Source: a bacterium (GTDB lineage: Bacteria; UBP13; UBA5359). From it: a DNA stretch of 64,000 bases. Location: assembly GCA_028685295.1 (NCBI GenBank), contig JAQUEL010000003.1, positions 11,104 through 75,103 of the forward strand. The letters run 5' to 3'. Below the pieces are notes generated by a model, which was not told the origin of the DNA, did no database searches, and was given only the letters and a program-made list of their open reading frames with translations. A program made the position numbers and the translations under genes. Of this stretch, positions 11,038 through 21,437 are shown one piece after another (the first letter of the stretch is position 1; each line of letters starts with the position of its first letter).

Positions 11038-11091
11038 TGTACATTCCTCCTCTATTTTAGTAACTACTCTATCTATTCTCTGTAGTTACAT

Positions 11092-11580
11092 TCACTCTGT
11101 ATTCTTAGAACCCCTCGCTAAAACTATTTTACCGGTTCTGACTATCTCTTTTATACCAAAGGGCCTGAACAACTGCTCTATGGCGTTAATCTTATCCTCG
11201 CTTCCCGTTATTTCAACCACAAATGCCTTGTCCGAGACATCCACAATTTTTCCTCGGAATATATCCGTTATCTGCATGATCTCATTGCGGTTGCGAGTTT
11301 CGACACTAACCTTTATAAGGGCCAGTTCTCTTTCTACGACACTCTCTTCCGTGTGATCATAAACCTTTATGACTTCCACCAGCTTATGTATCTGCTTACG
11401 TATCTGTTCCAGAGCCGCTACGTCACCCTCCACCACAATCGTCATCCTTGAAGTATCCGGATTTTCAGTTGAATTCACCGAGAGGCTCTCTATATTGAAG
11501 CCTCTTCTGGCGAACAGACCGGACACTCGCGTCAAAACGCCGGGGTGATTGGATACCAGCACTGATAAAGTATGTCTCAT
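11092..11580 (-). CDS. ilvN: Acetolactate synthase small (regulatory) subunit
   Basis: 162 aa. HTLSVLVSNHPGVLTRVSGLFARRGFNIESL (ACT domain). Confidence 0.9.
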   Translation of the reverse strand: MRHTLSVLVSNHPGVLTRVSGLFARRGFNIESLSVNSTENPDTSRMTIVVEGDVAALEQIRKQIHKLVEVIKVYDHTEESVVERELALIKVSVETRNRNEIMQITDIFRGKIVDVSDKAFVVEITGSEDKINAIEQLFRPFGIKEIVRTGKIVLARGSKNTE

Positions 11581-11705
11581 ATCACTTCCCCTTTTCTAAT
11601 GCAGAATGTGGGATCGCATCTCTCTCATTTCTGCATTCAGGTTTTTCTTTATTTGCGAATACGGGACCCAAAATCAAATTCACATTCTGCCTCTTATCCT
11701 GTCAT
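11581..11705. repeat. Unusual 125-bp spacer between ilvB and ilvN carrying three copies of a GCAGAATGTG / TGCAGAA motif (two direct, one inverted)
   Basis: Plus-strand taatgcagaatgtggg (11597-11612), tttctgcattcag (11628-11640) and cacattctgcctc (11681-11693). The same motif family recurs at 58850-58995. Confidence 0.5.
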
Positions 11706-13394
11706 CTAATCTACCATCATTTTATCGATACTGCCTCCGGCAGGTATCATCGGCATAACATTCTCTTCCCGTGCAACGATAAAATCGATAATACAGGGAA
11801 TATCCGTGCATTCCAGCGCACGCTGTAAAGCAGGTTCAACCTCTTCCGGAGTCTGGACCCTGATACCCATTGCGCCATAGGCTTCCGCCAACTTAATAAA
11901 ATCCGGATTGGTATAACCGATGTCGGTATGCGAATAACGTCTGTCATAAAACAACTGCTGCCACTGCCGCACCATACCCAGATATCCATTATTAAGAATG
12001 GCAATTTTTATAGGGAGCTTATTCGATACGGCAGTCGCCATCTCCTGGATATTCATCTGTATGCTACCGTCGCCGGCGATATCGAAAACTATATCATCCG
12101 GACAAGCAATCTGCGCCCCAATAGCGGCCGGCAGACCATATCCCATAGTGCCGAGACCACCGGAAGAAATAAATTGTCTTGGACGTGATGCTTTATAGAA
12201 CTGAGCAGCCCACATCTGGTTTTGCCCGACTTCCGTGGTAATGATCGCCTTACCTTCGGTAAGACGGTGTATCGTTTCAATAATCGCCTGAGGCTTGATC
12301 CCATCGGTACCATCACAGCCATAGCTCAATGGATATTGCCTTCGCCACTCGTCGATACGCTCTCGCCAGGCAGTGATCTCCATGGGTTTTACTTCTTCCA
12401 GAAGCGTTTGCAGTATATTACGCGCATCACCGACTATAGGCACATCCACAGCGACGCTCTTTCCGATCTCCGCCGGGTCTATATCTATATGGATCACCGA
12501 AGCATTGGGAGCAAAAGTATCCAGCCTGCCGGTAACTCTGTCGTCAAAGCGCGCACCGATCACAATAAGCAGATCTGCTTCATGCACTGCATAATTGGAA
12601 TAAGCTGTGCCATGCATGCCCAGCATACCAAGCGATAACGGATCATCCTCAGGGAAAACGCCTTTTCCCATAAGAGAGGTAGCCACAGGTATACCGGTCA
12701 ACCGTGCCAGCTTCGTTAATTCAGCTGAAGCACCGGCGGCAACAACGCCACCACCAGCCAGAATAATCGGCTGCTTGGCTTTTTTTATAAGTCGGGCCGC
12801 ATTCTTTATTTGCATTGGATGGCCTTCATAGTAAGGCTTATATCCGGGCATATTGATCTTTTCCGGATAACTGAACTCCATGGTCGCACTACAGACATCC
12901 GTCGGCAGGTCTATGACTACCGGTCCGGGACGGCCGGTGGAAGCTATATGAAAAGCCTCTTTAACGGTTCTGGCCAGATCACGCACATCCTTAACCAGGA
13001 AATTATGTTTAACAATGGGCATCATTATGCCGGTTACATCGGCTTCCTGGAAAGAATCCTTGCCAAGGGCCGTGGTCTTAACCTGTCCCGTTATTGCCAC
13101 CAGAGGAATAGAATCCATATGCGCGGTAGCTATACCACTTACCAAGTTGCAAGCGCCGGGGCCGGATGTTGCCAGGCAGACACCGACGCATCCGGTAGCA
13201 CGGGCATAGCCGTCCGCAGCATGCACGGCTCCCTGCTCATGACGCACCAGTATATGCCGAATGCCTTCGACATCATATAGAGCGTCATAGATAGGAAGAA
13301 CTACCCCGCCGGGATAGCCGAAAATAACTTCAACACCTTCCCGACGCAACGATTCGATAAGAATTCTAGCTCCGTTAATTTTCACGTAACACAC
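11706..13394 (-). CDS. ilvB: Acetolactate synthase large (catalytic) subunit
   Basis: 562 aa. A TPP enzyme with GYPGGVVLPIYDAL and GDGSIQMNIQE motifs. Confidence 0.9.
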   Translation of the reverse strand: MCYVKINGARILIESLRREGVEVIFGYPGGVVLPIYDALYDVEGIRHILVRHEQGAVHAADGYARATGCVGVCLATSGPGACNLVSGIATAHMDSIPLVAITGQVKTTALGKDSFQEADVTGIMMPIVKHNFLVKDVRDLARTVKEAFHIASTGRPGPVVIDLPTDVCSATMEFSYPEKINMPGYKPYYEGHPMQIKNAARLIKKAKQPIILAGGGVVAAGASAELTKLARLTGIPVATSLMGKGVFPEDDPLSLGMLGMHGTAYSNYAVHEADLLIVIGARFDDRVTGRLDTFAPNASVIHIDIDPAEIGKSVAVDVPIVGDARNILQTLLEEVKPMEITAWRERIDEWRRQYPLSYGCDGTDGIKPQAIIETIHRLTEGKAIITTEVGQNQMWAAQFYKASRPRQFISSGGLGTMGYGLPAAIGAQIACPDDIVFDIAGDGSIQMNIQEMATAVSNKLPIKIAILNNGYLGMVRQWQQLFYDRRYSHTDIGYTNPDFIKLAEAYGAMGIRVQTPEEVEPALQRALECTDIPCIIDFIVAREENVMPMIPAGGSIDKMMVD

Positions 13395-13397
13395 TCC

Positions 13398-15056
13398 TTA
13401 TTTCAATACAGCACCGTTACCGGCCGAAGTTACCAGGCGAGCATATCGCCCCAGGTACCCCTCGCTAATCTTAGCTTCCGGCTCTTTCCAGGCAGAACGA
13501 CGCTGCTCCAGTGTAGCATCATCAACAAGTAAATCCAAACGCTTTCCAGGTATGTCGATGTTTATGGTATCGCCTTCCTCTATAAAAGCTATAGGACCAC
13601 CCTCCATGGCTTCAGGCGATATATGACCTATTGCAGCACCTCTGGTCGCACCGGAAAAACGGCCGTCAGTTATTAAAGCAACGCATTTATCAAGTCCCAT
13701 TCCTGCCAACGTAGAGGTCGGCGAGAGCATCTCCCTCATGCCGGGACCACCCTTGGGACCTTCATAACGGATAACAACAACATCTCCTGCGTTTATCTTG
13801 CCGCCTGTTATAGCAGCCTGTGCCTCTTCCTCGGAATTGAAGACACGAGCCGGTCCCTGATGGCAAAGCATCTCATCAGCTACGGCAGCCTGTTTGACAA
13901 CAGCGCCTCCAGATGCAATGTTCCCACGAAGAATGGCTATTCCACCTTTTTCATGGTATGGATTATCCAGAAATCTTATGACGTCGTCTCTTCTTACAAC
14001 AGCATGTTCGATATTCTTTCTGACGGTTTCTCCCGTCACAGTCAAAGCGTCTCCGTTTATCAGCCCCGTACGGCTAAGAGTTTTCATCACAGCCTGGACA
14101 CCGCCGGCTTCATCAAGATCCACTAAAAAATGGTTTCCTGCAGGCGCAAGGCTGCAAAGGTGCGGTGTTTTGTCGCTTATGGAATCAAAGGCATCCAACT
14201 CCAATGGTACTCTTGCTTCAACAGCTATAGCCGGTACATGAAGAACCGTATTCGTAGAGCATCCCAGCGCCATATCCACGGCAATGGCATTGGCAAAAGC
14301 CTCTTTGGTCATTATATCGCGAGGTAGTATGTTTCGCCGCCATATCTCCACAGCTTTCATACCCGCTTCCTTGGCTAGGCGGATACGCGCTCCGCTTACT
14401 GCCGGCACCGTTCCATTGCCGGGTATACCCATGCCCAGGGCCTCAACCAGACAATTCATGGAATTAGCAGTGAACATTCCGGAACAGGAGCCGCAACCCG
14501 GGCAGGCGCACGCCTCCAGTTCCTCCAAATCCTCACAACTCATTTTGCCTGCGTTAACGGTGCCTACGGCTTCAAATACATCTGTCAGCGATACGGCAGA
14601 ACCTCTATAGTTTCCGGGAAGCATAGGGCCGCCGCTGATAACGACCGCGGGTATATTCAAGCGAGCTGCAGCCATCAACATGCCGGGAACAATTTTATCG
14701 CAATTGGGTATCAATACCAAAGCGTCAAAGCAATGAGCCATAGCCATTGTTTCCACACTATCGGCAATCAACTCTCGGCTTGCCAATGAATACTTCATAC
14801 CGCGATGCCCCATGGCAATACCGTCACAAACACCTATAGCGCCAAATTCCACCGGCACGCCGCCGGCCATTCTTATGCCGGCTTTCACTGCCTCGGCAAT
14901 CTTGCTCAAATGGATATGTCCGGGAATGATTTCATTGACGGAATTGCACACCCCTATAAGAGGTCGTTCCAATTCCTCATGGGTATACCCCATAGCCATA
15001 AACAGAGATCTGTGCGGTGCTCTTTCCACACCTTTTTTGACCATATCGCTTTTCAA
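13398..15056 (-). CDS. ilvD: Dihydroxy-acid dehydratase
   Basis: 552 aa. [21 protein letters not shown] and CDGIAMGH motifs. Starts at TTG. Confidence 0.9.
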   Translation of the reverse strand: MKSDMVKKGVERAPHRSLFMAMGYTHEELERPLIGVCNSVNEIIPGHIHLSKIAEAVKAGIRMAGGVPVEFGAIGVCDGIAMGHRGMKYSLASRELIADSVETMAMAHCFDALVLIPNCDKIVPGMLMAAARLNIPAVVISGGPMLPGNYRGSAVSLTDVFEAVGTVNAGKMSCEDLEELEACACPGCGSCSGMFTANSMNCLVEALGMGIPGNGTVPAVSGARIRLAKEAGMKAVEIWRRNILPRDIMTKEAFANAIAVDMALGCSTNTVLHVPAIAVEARVPLELDAFDSISDKTPHLCSLAPAGNHFLVDLDEAGGVQAVMKTLSRTGLINGDALTVTGETVRKNIEHAVVRRDDVIRFLDNPYHEKGGIAILRGNIASGGAVVKQAAVADEMLCHQGPARVFNSEEEAQAAITGGKINAGDVVVIRYEGPKGGPGMREMLSPTSTLAGMGLDKCVALITDGRFSGATRGAAIGHISPEAMEGGPIAFIEEGDTINIDIPGKRLDLLVDDATLEQRRSAWKEPEAKISEGYLGRYARLVTSAGNGAVLK

Positions 15057-15057
15057 T

Positions 15058-15350
15058 GCTATCCCTTCCTCTCTTCATAAAAAAAGCCGCTCGCCCTTAG
15101 GGACGAGAGGCCATGCCTTCGTGTTACCACCCTGGTTCGGATACGCAGACAAAACAATGCCGGCGAAACCCTCATGCGGCAGTATAACGCCTGCCAAACC
15201 GTCACTGCCTAAACCGTATCGGTCTCAGCAGAGAGGCTCCAGGATGAGTTTCAGCGTAAGCAAGCACCGGATCTCAGCATAACCGGCTCTCTGTGGCCTC
15301 TTTATTCGCTTACTTGGTCCCTTCACAGCCTTTATCAATAACTTGAAATT
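15058..15350 (-). promoter_or_regulatory. T-box riboswitch leader of the ilv-leu operon, with a terminator/antiterminator
   Basis: Minus-strand RNA contains AGGGUGGUAACACGA: the T-box A1 helix AGGG/CCCU, a 7-nt bulge UGGUAAC (UGGN pairs with tRNA NCCA) and an A2 helix ACGA/UCGU. This overlaps the terminator GGCCUCUCGUCCC-UAA-GGGCGAGCGGC followed by UUUUUUU, immediately 5' of ilvD. A candidate specifier CUC-A (Leu) sits in a stem-I internal loop (GAAACUCA). Confidence 0.65.
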
Positions 15351-15361
15351 CTATGGTAGGT

Positions 15362-15391
15362 AGTATATCATAGAGATTTCTGCGGCGTCAA
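15362..15391 (-). promoter_or_regulatory. Sigma-A-type promoter for the T-box/ilv-leu operon
   Basis: Minus strand TTGACG-N18-TATACT, just upstream of the leader. Confidence 0.45.
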
Positions 15392-15455
15392 GCAAAATTT
15401 AGGAGTGGGCAGGGACTGGCCCTTCACCCTTGTCAAGTGTAAAGAGCCGCTCCCC

Positions 15456-16613
15456 TTACTCACGGCTTCTTACAAATTTTTCAATCCTTGCCAATGCCTC
15501 TTCAATACGCTCATAGGAAATGGAATAGGAGCACCTTACATATCCTTCGCCACAAGCGCCGAATGCCGTTCCCGGAACAACGGCTACCTTCTCCTCGAAT
15601 AAAAGCCTTTCGGCAAACTCCTCACTTGTCAGCCCTGTTCTTTTTATTGAAGGAAAGATATAAAATGCTCCGTCCGGCATGGGCACCTCAAGCCCGATCT
15701 CGTTGAGTCCCCGATGTATCAGGTGACGGCGCCGATTATACTCGGAGACCATCTCCTCAACCTCCGGACCTTCATTCTTCAGAGCTTCGATGGCTGCCGT
15801 CTGGCTCATTATCGGTGCGCATAGCGCCACATACTGGTGAATCTTCACAGCGGCATTTAATATGTCCACAGGCCCTGCAATATACCCCAAACGCCAGCCG
15901 GTCATGGCATAGGCCTTGGAAAAGCCGTTAAGTGTAATGACTCTCTCCTTCATTCCCGGCAGGGAGGCTATAGATAGATGTGACATGTCGTAGGTCAGCT
16001 TTTCGTATATTTCATCCGATATAATTATCAGATCATGTTTGACGGCTAACGCCGCTATCCGTTCAAGCTCCTCTGCAGATAATGACATTCCTGTAGGATT
16101 ATTAGGATAACAGAGCAATATGGCCTTTGTTTTCTCCGTTACGGCATGCTCTATTATGTCAGCGGTAACTCTGAAACCGTCGGCACTGCGTGCCTCTACC
16201 GCCACCGCCACACCACCTGCCATAACAACACACGGCTTGTATGACACATATGAAGGCTCGAAAACAATGACTTCATCACCGGGATTGAGAATAGCCCGCA
16301 GCGTTATATCCAGGGCTTCACTGACTCCAACGGTTATCAGTATTTCTTTCTCCGGATTATATTCCACGCCATGCACTTTGGAAATATGTCCGGATATGAC
16401 CTGGCGAAGCTCCAGCAAGCCATGGTTGGAGGTATACATCGTCTGTCCCTGTGCCAGCGAAGATACACAAGCATTTCTTATCCTCTCCGGGGTAACGAAA
16501 TCCGGTTCGCCGATTCCCAGCGACAACACGCCATCCATTGTGGAAACTATATCAAAAAAGCGCCTGATCCCTGATGGCGGCATGGTCTCTATAATTTGTG
16601 ATACTCTACTCAT
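15456..16613 (-). CDS. Class I/II (AspB/PatA-like) pyridoxal-phosphate aminotransferase
   Basis: The N-terminal extension in the ORF track is an unlikely Arg/Lys-rich run; the probable start is MSRVSQII. The SGFSKAYAMTGWRLGY PLP-lysine motif is present. Confidence 0.8.
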   Translation of the reverse strand: MSRVSQIIETMPPSGIRRFFDIVSTMDGVLSLGIGEPDFVTPERIRNACVSSLAQGQTMYTSNHGLLELRQVISGHISKVHGVEYNPEKEILITVGVSEALDITLRAILNPGDEVIVFEPSYVSYKPCVVMAGGVAVAVEARSADGFRVTADIIEHAVTEKTKAILLCYPNNPTGMSLSAEELERIAALAVKHDLIIISDEIYEKLTYDMSHLSIASLPGMKERVITLNGFSKAYAMTGWRLGYIAGPVDILNAAVKIHQYVALCAPIMSQTAAIEALKNEGPEVEEMVSEYNRRRHLIHRGLNEIGLEVPMPDGAFYIFPSIKRTGLTSEEFAERLLFEEKVAVVPGTAFGACGEGYVRCSYSISYERIEEALARIEKFVRSRE

Positions 16614-17148
16614 CTGTCGCCTCCTTTTCATCGCCTGCTTCTTTCTCCTCCGGCAGAGGAGGTAAATCATTCAATCCGTTAAAGCCGAAATATCTAAGAA
16701 ACTCCTCAGTTGTTCCATATAATATCGGTCGCCCGACGGTATCCTTACGCCCTACCGCTTTTATCAGCCGGTAAAGAGAGAGGCGTTCGATAACGCCGTC
16801 GCAATTCACTCCCCTGATAGCTTCTATTTCGGCTCTGGTTATCGGCTGCTTATAAGCAATTATAGCCATCGTCTCCATGGCAGCACGTGAAAGACGCCCG
16901 CGTTCATGTGCCAGCAGTCTTTCAATATAATCTGCAACCTCATTTCTGGTGCACATCTGATAGCCGCCCGCTACAGGTACTATCTGCAGCCCTCCGGCTG
17001 CATAATCATCCATAAGCCGCTGAGCAATCTCTTCGACCGTATCCGGCGGCAATTCCAACAGCATTGCCGCTTGCCTGACATCAAGTGGCCCCCCGGCTAC
17101 AAACAGCAGCGCTTCCAGTGCGTTCTTCCGCTCTTCAAGCATTGACAT
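16606..17148 (-). CDS. scpB: Segregation and condensation protein B
   Basis: 180 aa. LEALLFVAGGPLDVRQAAMLLE... winged-helix ScpB signature. Overlaps scpA. Confidence 0.85.
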   Translation of the reverse strand: MSMLEERKNALEALLFVAGGPLDVRQAAMLLELPPDTVEEIAQRLMDDYAAGGLQIVPVAGGYQMCTRNEVADYIERLLAHERGRLSRAAMETMAIIAYKQPITRAEIEAIRGVNCDGVIERLSLYRLIKAVGRKDTVGRPILYGTTEEFLRYFGFNGLNDLPPLPEEKEAGDEKEATDE

Positions 17149-17899
17149 ATTCCTCGCACAAAAATATCTCTATCTCACCAAAACACTTCTCCTGGGCAGC
17201 CATGATACGTCTTTTCCTTATCAGCTCCAATATAGCCAGCAGGGTTACGATAATCTCCCGCCTGGCAGGCCTATCGCTGAAAAGGTGCCTGAAAGAGATG
17301 CGACCATCTGACCTGTGAAGCTTGGCTAACACCAGATTCACCCTTTGTTCAACGGTTACTTCATCCCTGGCGATCTTCTGCTCATTATCCGTTTCATCGT
17401 CAACAGCGTTTACCAGCACCCGTTGAAATGCTTCAAGCAAATCAAAAACCGATAAGCCGTCTGCTATACCTGTGCCCACCGAAGGACGCAACTCTTCCAA
17501 CTCAAGCGGATGGCGCACAAAGACGCCACGCCATTCCTCTTCCCTTGCCGACATAGCCTGTGCCGCCTCTTTGTAAAGCTTGTATTCCATAAGACGAGCT
17601 GCAAGCGCCTGGCGTGGGTCCGCTTCATCTTCAGACATCTGAAGATCCTCCTTATCGGGAGGCAAAAGCATCTTGGATTTTATCCGCAGCAATTCGGCAG
17701 CCACCACTAGGAATTCGGCAGCGACGTTTATATTCAGCTCTTCCATCAGACGGATAAAATCAAGATACTGAGTCGTGATTCTCGTCATCTGAAGGTTTTG
17801 AATATCCATTTCCGAGCGATTTATCAGGTGCAGGAGAAGATCCAGCGGACCTTCAAAATCATCCAACCTTATTATGCACACATTTTCTGATAAATCCAT
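17135..17899 (-). CDS. scpA: Segregation and condensation protein A
   Basis: 254 aa. DFEGPLDLLLHLINRSEMDIQNLQMTRITTQYLDFI. Confidence 0.85.
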   Translation of the reverse strand: MDLSENVCIIRLDDFEGPLDLLLHLINRSEMDIQNLQMTRITTQYLDFIRLMEELNINVAAEFLVVAAELLRIKSKMLLPPDKEDLQMSEDEADPRQALAARLMEYKLYKEAAQAMSAREEEWRGVFVRHPLELEELRPSVGTGIADGLSVFDLLEAFQRVLVNAVDDETDNEQKIARDEVTVEQRVNLVLAKLHRSDGRISFRHLFSDRPARREIIVTLLAILELIRKRRIMAAQEKCFGEIEIFLCEEYVNA

Positions 17900-17903
17900 A
17901 TGC

Positions 17904-18878
17904 TTACAATCCCATGGCTTTTATGGCTAAAGAGAGATTGGATGCTGCCGTGACTGAGGCTTTCCCGGCACCGTCAGCCAGCAAACGATCAACGAGATTC
18001 GGCTTTTTCTCATAATGATTACGTCTTTCATGAACGGGACGCAAATACTCAATGATAGCATCAGCCAAATAGCCCTTGCATTTAACACAACCCAACGTCC
18101 CTTCCCGGCATTGAGCTTCTATCTTACCGCATCTTTCAGATAGAAATATGTTCTCATAAGTAAACACATTACAGATTTCCGGTCGGCCGGGACTATCCTT
18201 ATATATCTTCTGCGGATCGGTTACCGCGCTCCTTATTCTTTCCCGGATAGTTTTGGCATCATCGGAGAGAAAGATACAATTGTCATAACTCTTGCTCATT
18301 TTTCGCCCATCCAGACCGGCCACTTTAGAAGAAGCCGTCAGAAGCGCCTTAGGCTCGGGGAAAATTGCACCATAAAGATAATTAAAACGCCTGGCGATCT
18401 CTCTGGTCAGTTCCAAATGCGGCAATTGATCCTCACCGACGGGAACGGTATCAGCCTTATAGAGCAGGATATCCGCCGCCTGCAGCAGAGGATAGCCCAG
18501 AAAGCCGTATGTCGAGAGATCCTTTCCCTTTATCTCCTGCATCTGCTCCTTATAGGTGGGGCATCTCTCCAGCCACGACAAAGGGGCTATCATGGATAGC
18601 ATTAAATGGAGAACGGCATGCTGATAAACATCTGATTGCCGAAAGATTACAGCTTTCTCAGGATCAATACCCGCACTGAGCCAATCAATGACCATCTGGT
18701 GTATATTCTCACGAAGAGCCGACGGATCTTCGTATTCAGATGTCAACGCATGCCAATCGGCCACCATGAAGTAGCATTGATACTCGTCCTGAAGTTTTTT
18801 CCAATTATTTAGAACACCAAGTAGATGCCCCAAATGCAGCCTGCCGGTTGGCCGCATACCGCTAAGAATAGTTCCCAT
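17904..18878 (-). CDS. trpS: Tryptophan--tRNA ligase
   Basis: 324 aa. Class-I HIGH (TGRLHLGHL) and KMSKS (KMSKS present). Confidence 0.9.
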   Translation of the reverse strand: MGTILSGMRPTGRLHLGHLLGVLNNWKKLQDEYQCYFMVADWHALTSEYEDPSALRENIHQMVIDWLSAGIDPEKAVIFRQSDVYQHAVLHLMLSMIAPLSWLERCPTYKEQMQEIKGKDLSTYGFLGYPLLQAADILLYKADTVPVGEDQLPHLELTREIARRFNYLYGAIFPEPKALLTASSKVAGLDGRKMSKSYDNCIFLSDDAKTIRERIRSAVTDPQKIYKDSPGRPEICNVFTYENIFLSERCGKIEAQCREGTLGCVKCKGYLADAIIEYLRPVHERRNHYEKKPNLVDRLLADGAGKASVTAASNLSLAIKAMGL

Positions 18879-18890
18879 CTAATCCTCCGT

Positions 18891-19598
18891 TTAAGCACCG
18901 AGCAAAAGTATAGCTGCCGGGAATACGATTGTCCTAGCTAGAAAGCTGATGGCATTCGTAAATATAAGAAGTAGAAGAATGAGCATGCCGTAAGGCTCGA
19001 TTTTCGACAGACCGTAAGCCTGTTTGTGAGGCAGCAAGCCCATTAGAATCTTCGAACCGTCCAAAGGCGGCACCGGCAACAGGTTGAATATTGCCAGCAT
19101 TATATTAATAACAACGCCTGTGACACATACGGTCCCTATAATTTCAGCAAGGAATGGAGAAGCGAACGTACCTGTTCCTACCGTAATTCTAAATATAATT
19201 GCATATGGCAATGCCTGCAAAATATTGGCAGCAGGCCCTGCAAGCGACACCATGACCATGCCTCGACGCGGGTCCTTCATATTATAAATATTAACGGGCA
19301 CAGGTTTGGCCCACCCAAAGCCGACGCCGGCTGCAAGTGAGATAAGAAAGAAGATTGCCCCCAGCGGATCAATATGCGAAATAGGATTTAAAGTCAGCCG
19401 ACCGGACCATTTGGCTGTGGGATCGCCCAGCCGATATGCCATCCAGCCATGTGCCACTTCATGAAGAATAATGGCCAGCAGAAAAACAGGCAATGAAACT
19501 AAAATAGATTTTAAATCCAATAAAATCTGCTCCTCTGATAAAGTACCGGAATCCGATTTACAGTGTAGTTTAACATAATCAGAGAGCTTTCTCAACAC
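18891..19598 (-). CDS. Site-2 protease family (peptidase M50) zinc metalloprotease
   Basis: 235 aa. Polytopic membrane protein with an HEVAH zinc motif and LDGSKIL. Confidence 0.75.
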   Translation of the reverse strand: MLRKLSDYVKLHCKSDSGTLSEEQILLDLKSILVSLPVFLLAIILHEVAHGWMAYRLGDPTAKWSGRLTLNPISHIDPLGAIFFLISLAAGVGFGWAKPVPVNIYNMKDPRRGMVMVSLAGPAANILQALPYAIIFRITVGTGTFASPFLAEIIGTVCVTGVVINIMLAIFNLLPVPPLDGSKILMGLLPHKQAYGLSKIEPYGMLILLLLIFTNAISFLARTIVFPAAILLLGA

Positions 19599-19601
19599 GC
19601 T

Positions 19602-20900
19602 TCAGAAGTTATCTAAAGAAGAATTTTTCATAAATAGAACTGCCATCAAGGTTGTCAATGTCAGAAAAATTGCGCTGACATAAAAAGGCATATTGAAACC
19701 TAAAATGTCCTTTGCATATCCGCCCGCTATAGGCCCAATGACAGAGCCAATGCCCTGTGCAGTGCCCAGCATGCCTATCACTGCCCCTGTTCTGCCCTTT
19801 GGGGCGGCTTCAGTTATATGCGCCAGCCAGGCCGGTACTGCTGTCACAAAACCTAATCCTGTTATCACACCCAAAGGCATAAAGAAGACCAGATCTTTAG
19901 CAAAGGGGATAAGCCATACAGCTATCGATGCCATTGCCCCCCCTATAATTACGGCTGTTCGCTTGCCTATATGATCGGCCATTCTGCCCAATGGAATGGA
20001 AAAAAGAGCAATGCTGGCCGCCGGCAAAAGAAAGAGAATGGGTATCCTGGCCTGGCTTATACCCATCACTTCAGTGATATATTTAATCAGTATAGGGGAT
20101 AGGGCGCTAATGCCCAGCATCTGTATGGTCCCCATAAGATAAAGAGCCGGCAGAGAGCCTTGAAAGAGCTCCTGCTGCCTTGCAAATATGCCTTGCAAAC
20201 GCGGTTTGTTGCTTTTGGCTTCCTTTACAGGCACCGCTTTAACTTCTGTTGCACGATTTCCGGCCTCTGCCCTTGTAACCCTATCTTTAATTATAACAGA
20301 GGGCTGCTTATGCCACTTAACCGACCAGGCTATCAGCAGGGAAAGAAAGAATAATAGGCTTACCATATAAAAAAGGAAGCGTGCTTCAGTGAAAAGAGCC
20401 ACCATCAAGCTGCCGGCAACAGGCCCAAGGCCCACTCCTATCATATAAGCCATATTAAAGACACTTAATGCCGTCGTTCTCTCTCTTATATCCACTACGT
20501 CAGCGGCAATAGCACTGATAGCAGGCCACAGCGCTGCCGCACCGGCACCATCCACGGCTCTAAGGAAGAGTATAAGATAAGTAAAGGGAGAAACGGCTAT
20601 CAATAAGGGTGTCAAAGTAGAAGCCGCCATACCGGCTACCATTAACGGCTTCCTGCCGATACGGTCGCTAAGGTGTCCCAGTATCGGCTTAAAAATCATT
20701 TCCGTTCCCGTAAATGCTGCTATGGCAAAACCAACAAAGGTATAGCCGGTCTTAAAGCTTCCAGTCAGATAAAGCGGCAACCCGAAAATCAGCATCAGCG
20801 AATACCCCATTTCCGCTATGACAGAAAGCACTGCCAACGGCAGCAACACGGGGTATCGTTCAAAGATAGAAATGTAGGTGCTATGCAAACGTTTTAGCAT
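19602..20900 (-). CDS. Major facilitator superfamily transporter
   Basis: 432 aa. Hydrophobic helices in a 6+6 arrangement with a long basic central loop. MFS motif GHLSDRIGRKP. Confidence 0.75.
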   Translation of the reverse strand: MLKRLHSTYISIFERYPVLLPLAVLSVIAEMGYSLMLIFGLPLYLTGSFKTGYTFVGFAIAAFTGTEMIFKPILGHLSDRIGRKPLMVAGMAASTLTPLLIAVSPFTYLILFLRAVDGAGAAALWPAISAIAADVVDIRERTTALSVFNMAYMIGVGLGPVAGSLMVALFTEARFLFYMVSLLFFLSLLIAWSVKWHKQPSVIIKDRVTRAEAGNRATEVKAVPVKEAKSNKPRLQGIFARQQELFQGSLPALYLMGTIQMLGISALSPILIKYITEVMGISQARIPILFLLPAASIALFSIPLGRMADHIGKRTAVIIGGAMASIAVWLIPFAKDLVFFMPLGVITGLGFVTAVPAWLAHITEAAPKGRTGAVIGMLGTAQGIGSVIGPIAGGYAKDILGFNMPFYVSAIFLTLTTLMAVLFMKNSSLDNF

Positions 20901-20934
20901 ATTATCGCTCGTTTTTTTTCATACCGATCCCTGA

Positions 20935-21411
20935 TTACAGCGTCTTTATCAAATTAGCCATCTCTATAGCGGTTACGGCAGCATCCCACCCTTTGTTTCC
21001 GCTCTTGGAACCGGCCCGCTCTATAGCTTGTTCCAGATTATCGGCGGTAATTACACCAAAGGTTATCGGAACACCTGTAGCTGAAGCCGCCTGCGCTATC
21101 CCCTTAGCTGTTTCAGCGGCTACGTAATCAAAATGTGGTGTGCCGCCACGTATTATTGCTCCAAGGCAGATAACGGCATCATATCTACCGCTTCCAGCCA
21201 TCTTTCCAGCAATCAGCGGTAGCTCGAAGGCACCGGGAACGCAGGCTACTTCCATCGCCTCTTCGGATAAACCATGGCGCTTTAAAGCATCCATGGCCCC
21301 ATCAAGCAGGCGCATGGTAATAATCTCATTGAATCTGCTGACCGCAATACCAATTGATAATCCTTCAGCAACCAGGTTCCCCTCGTACTTTTTAAACATC
21401 GCTTCCTCCAT
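20935..21411 (-). CDS. ribH: 6,7-dimethyl-8-ribityllumazine synthase
   Basis: 158 aa. [19 protein letters not shown]... Confidence 0.9.
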   Translation of the reverse strand: MEEAMFKKYEGNLVAEGLSIGIAVSRFNEIITMRLLDGAMDALKRHGLSEEAMEVACVPGAFELPLIAGKMAGSGRYDAVICLGAIIRGGTPHFDYVAAETAKGIAQAASATGVPITFGVITADNLEQAIERAGSKSGNKGWDAAVTAIEMANLIKTL

Positions 21412-21437
21412 TCTTTGCTCTTTACTTATACTGACCC

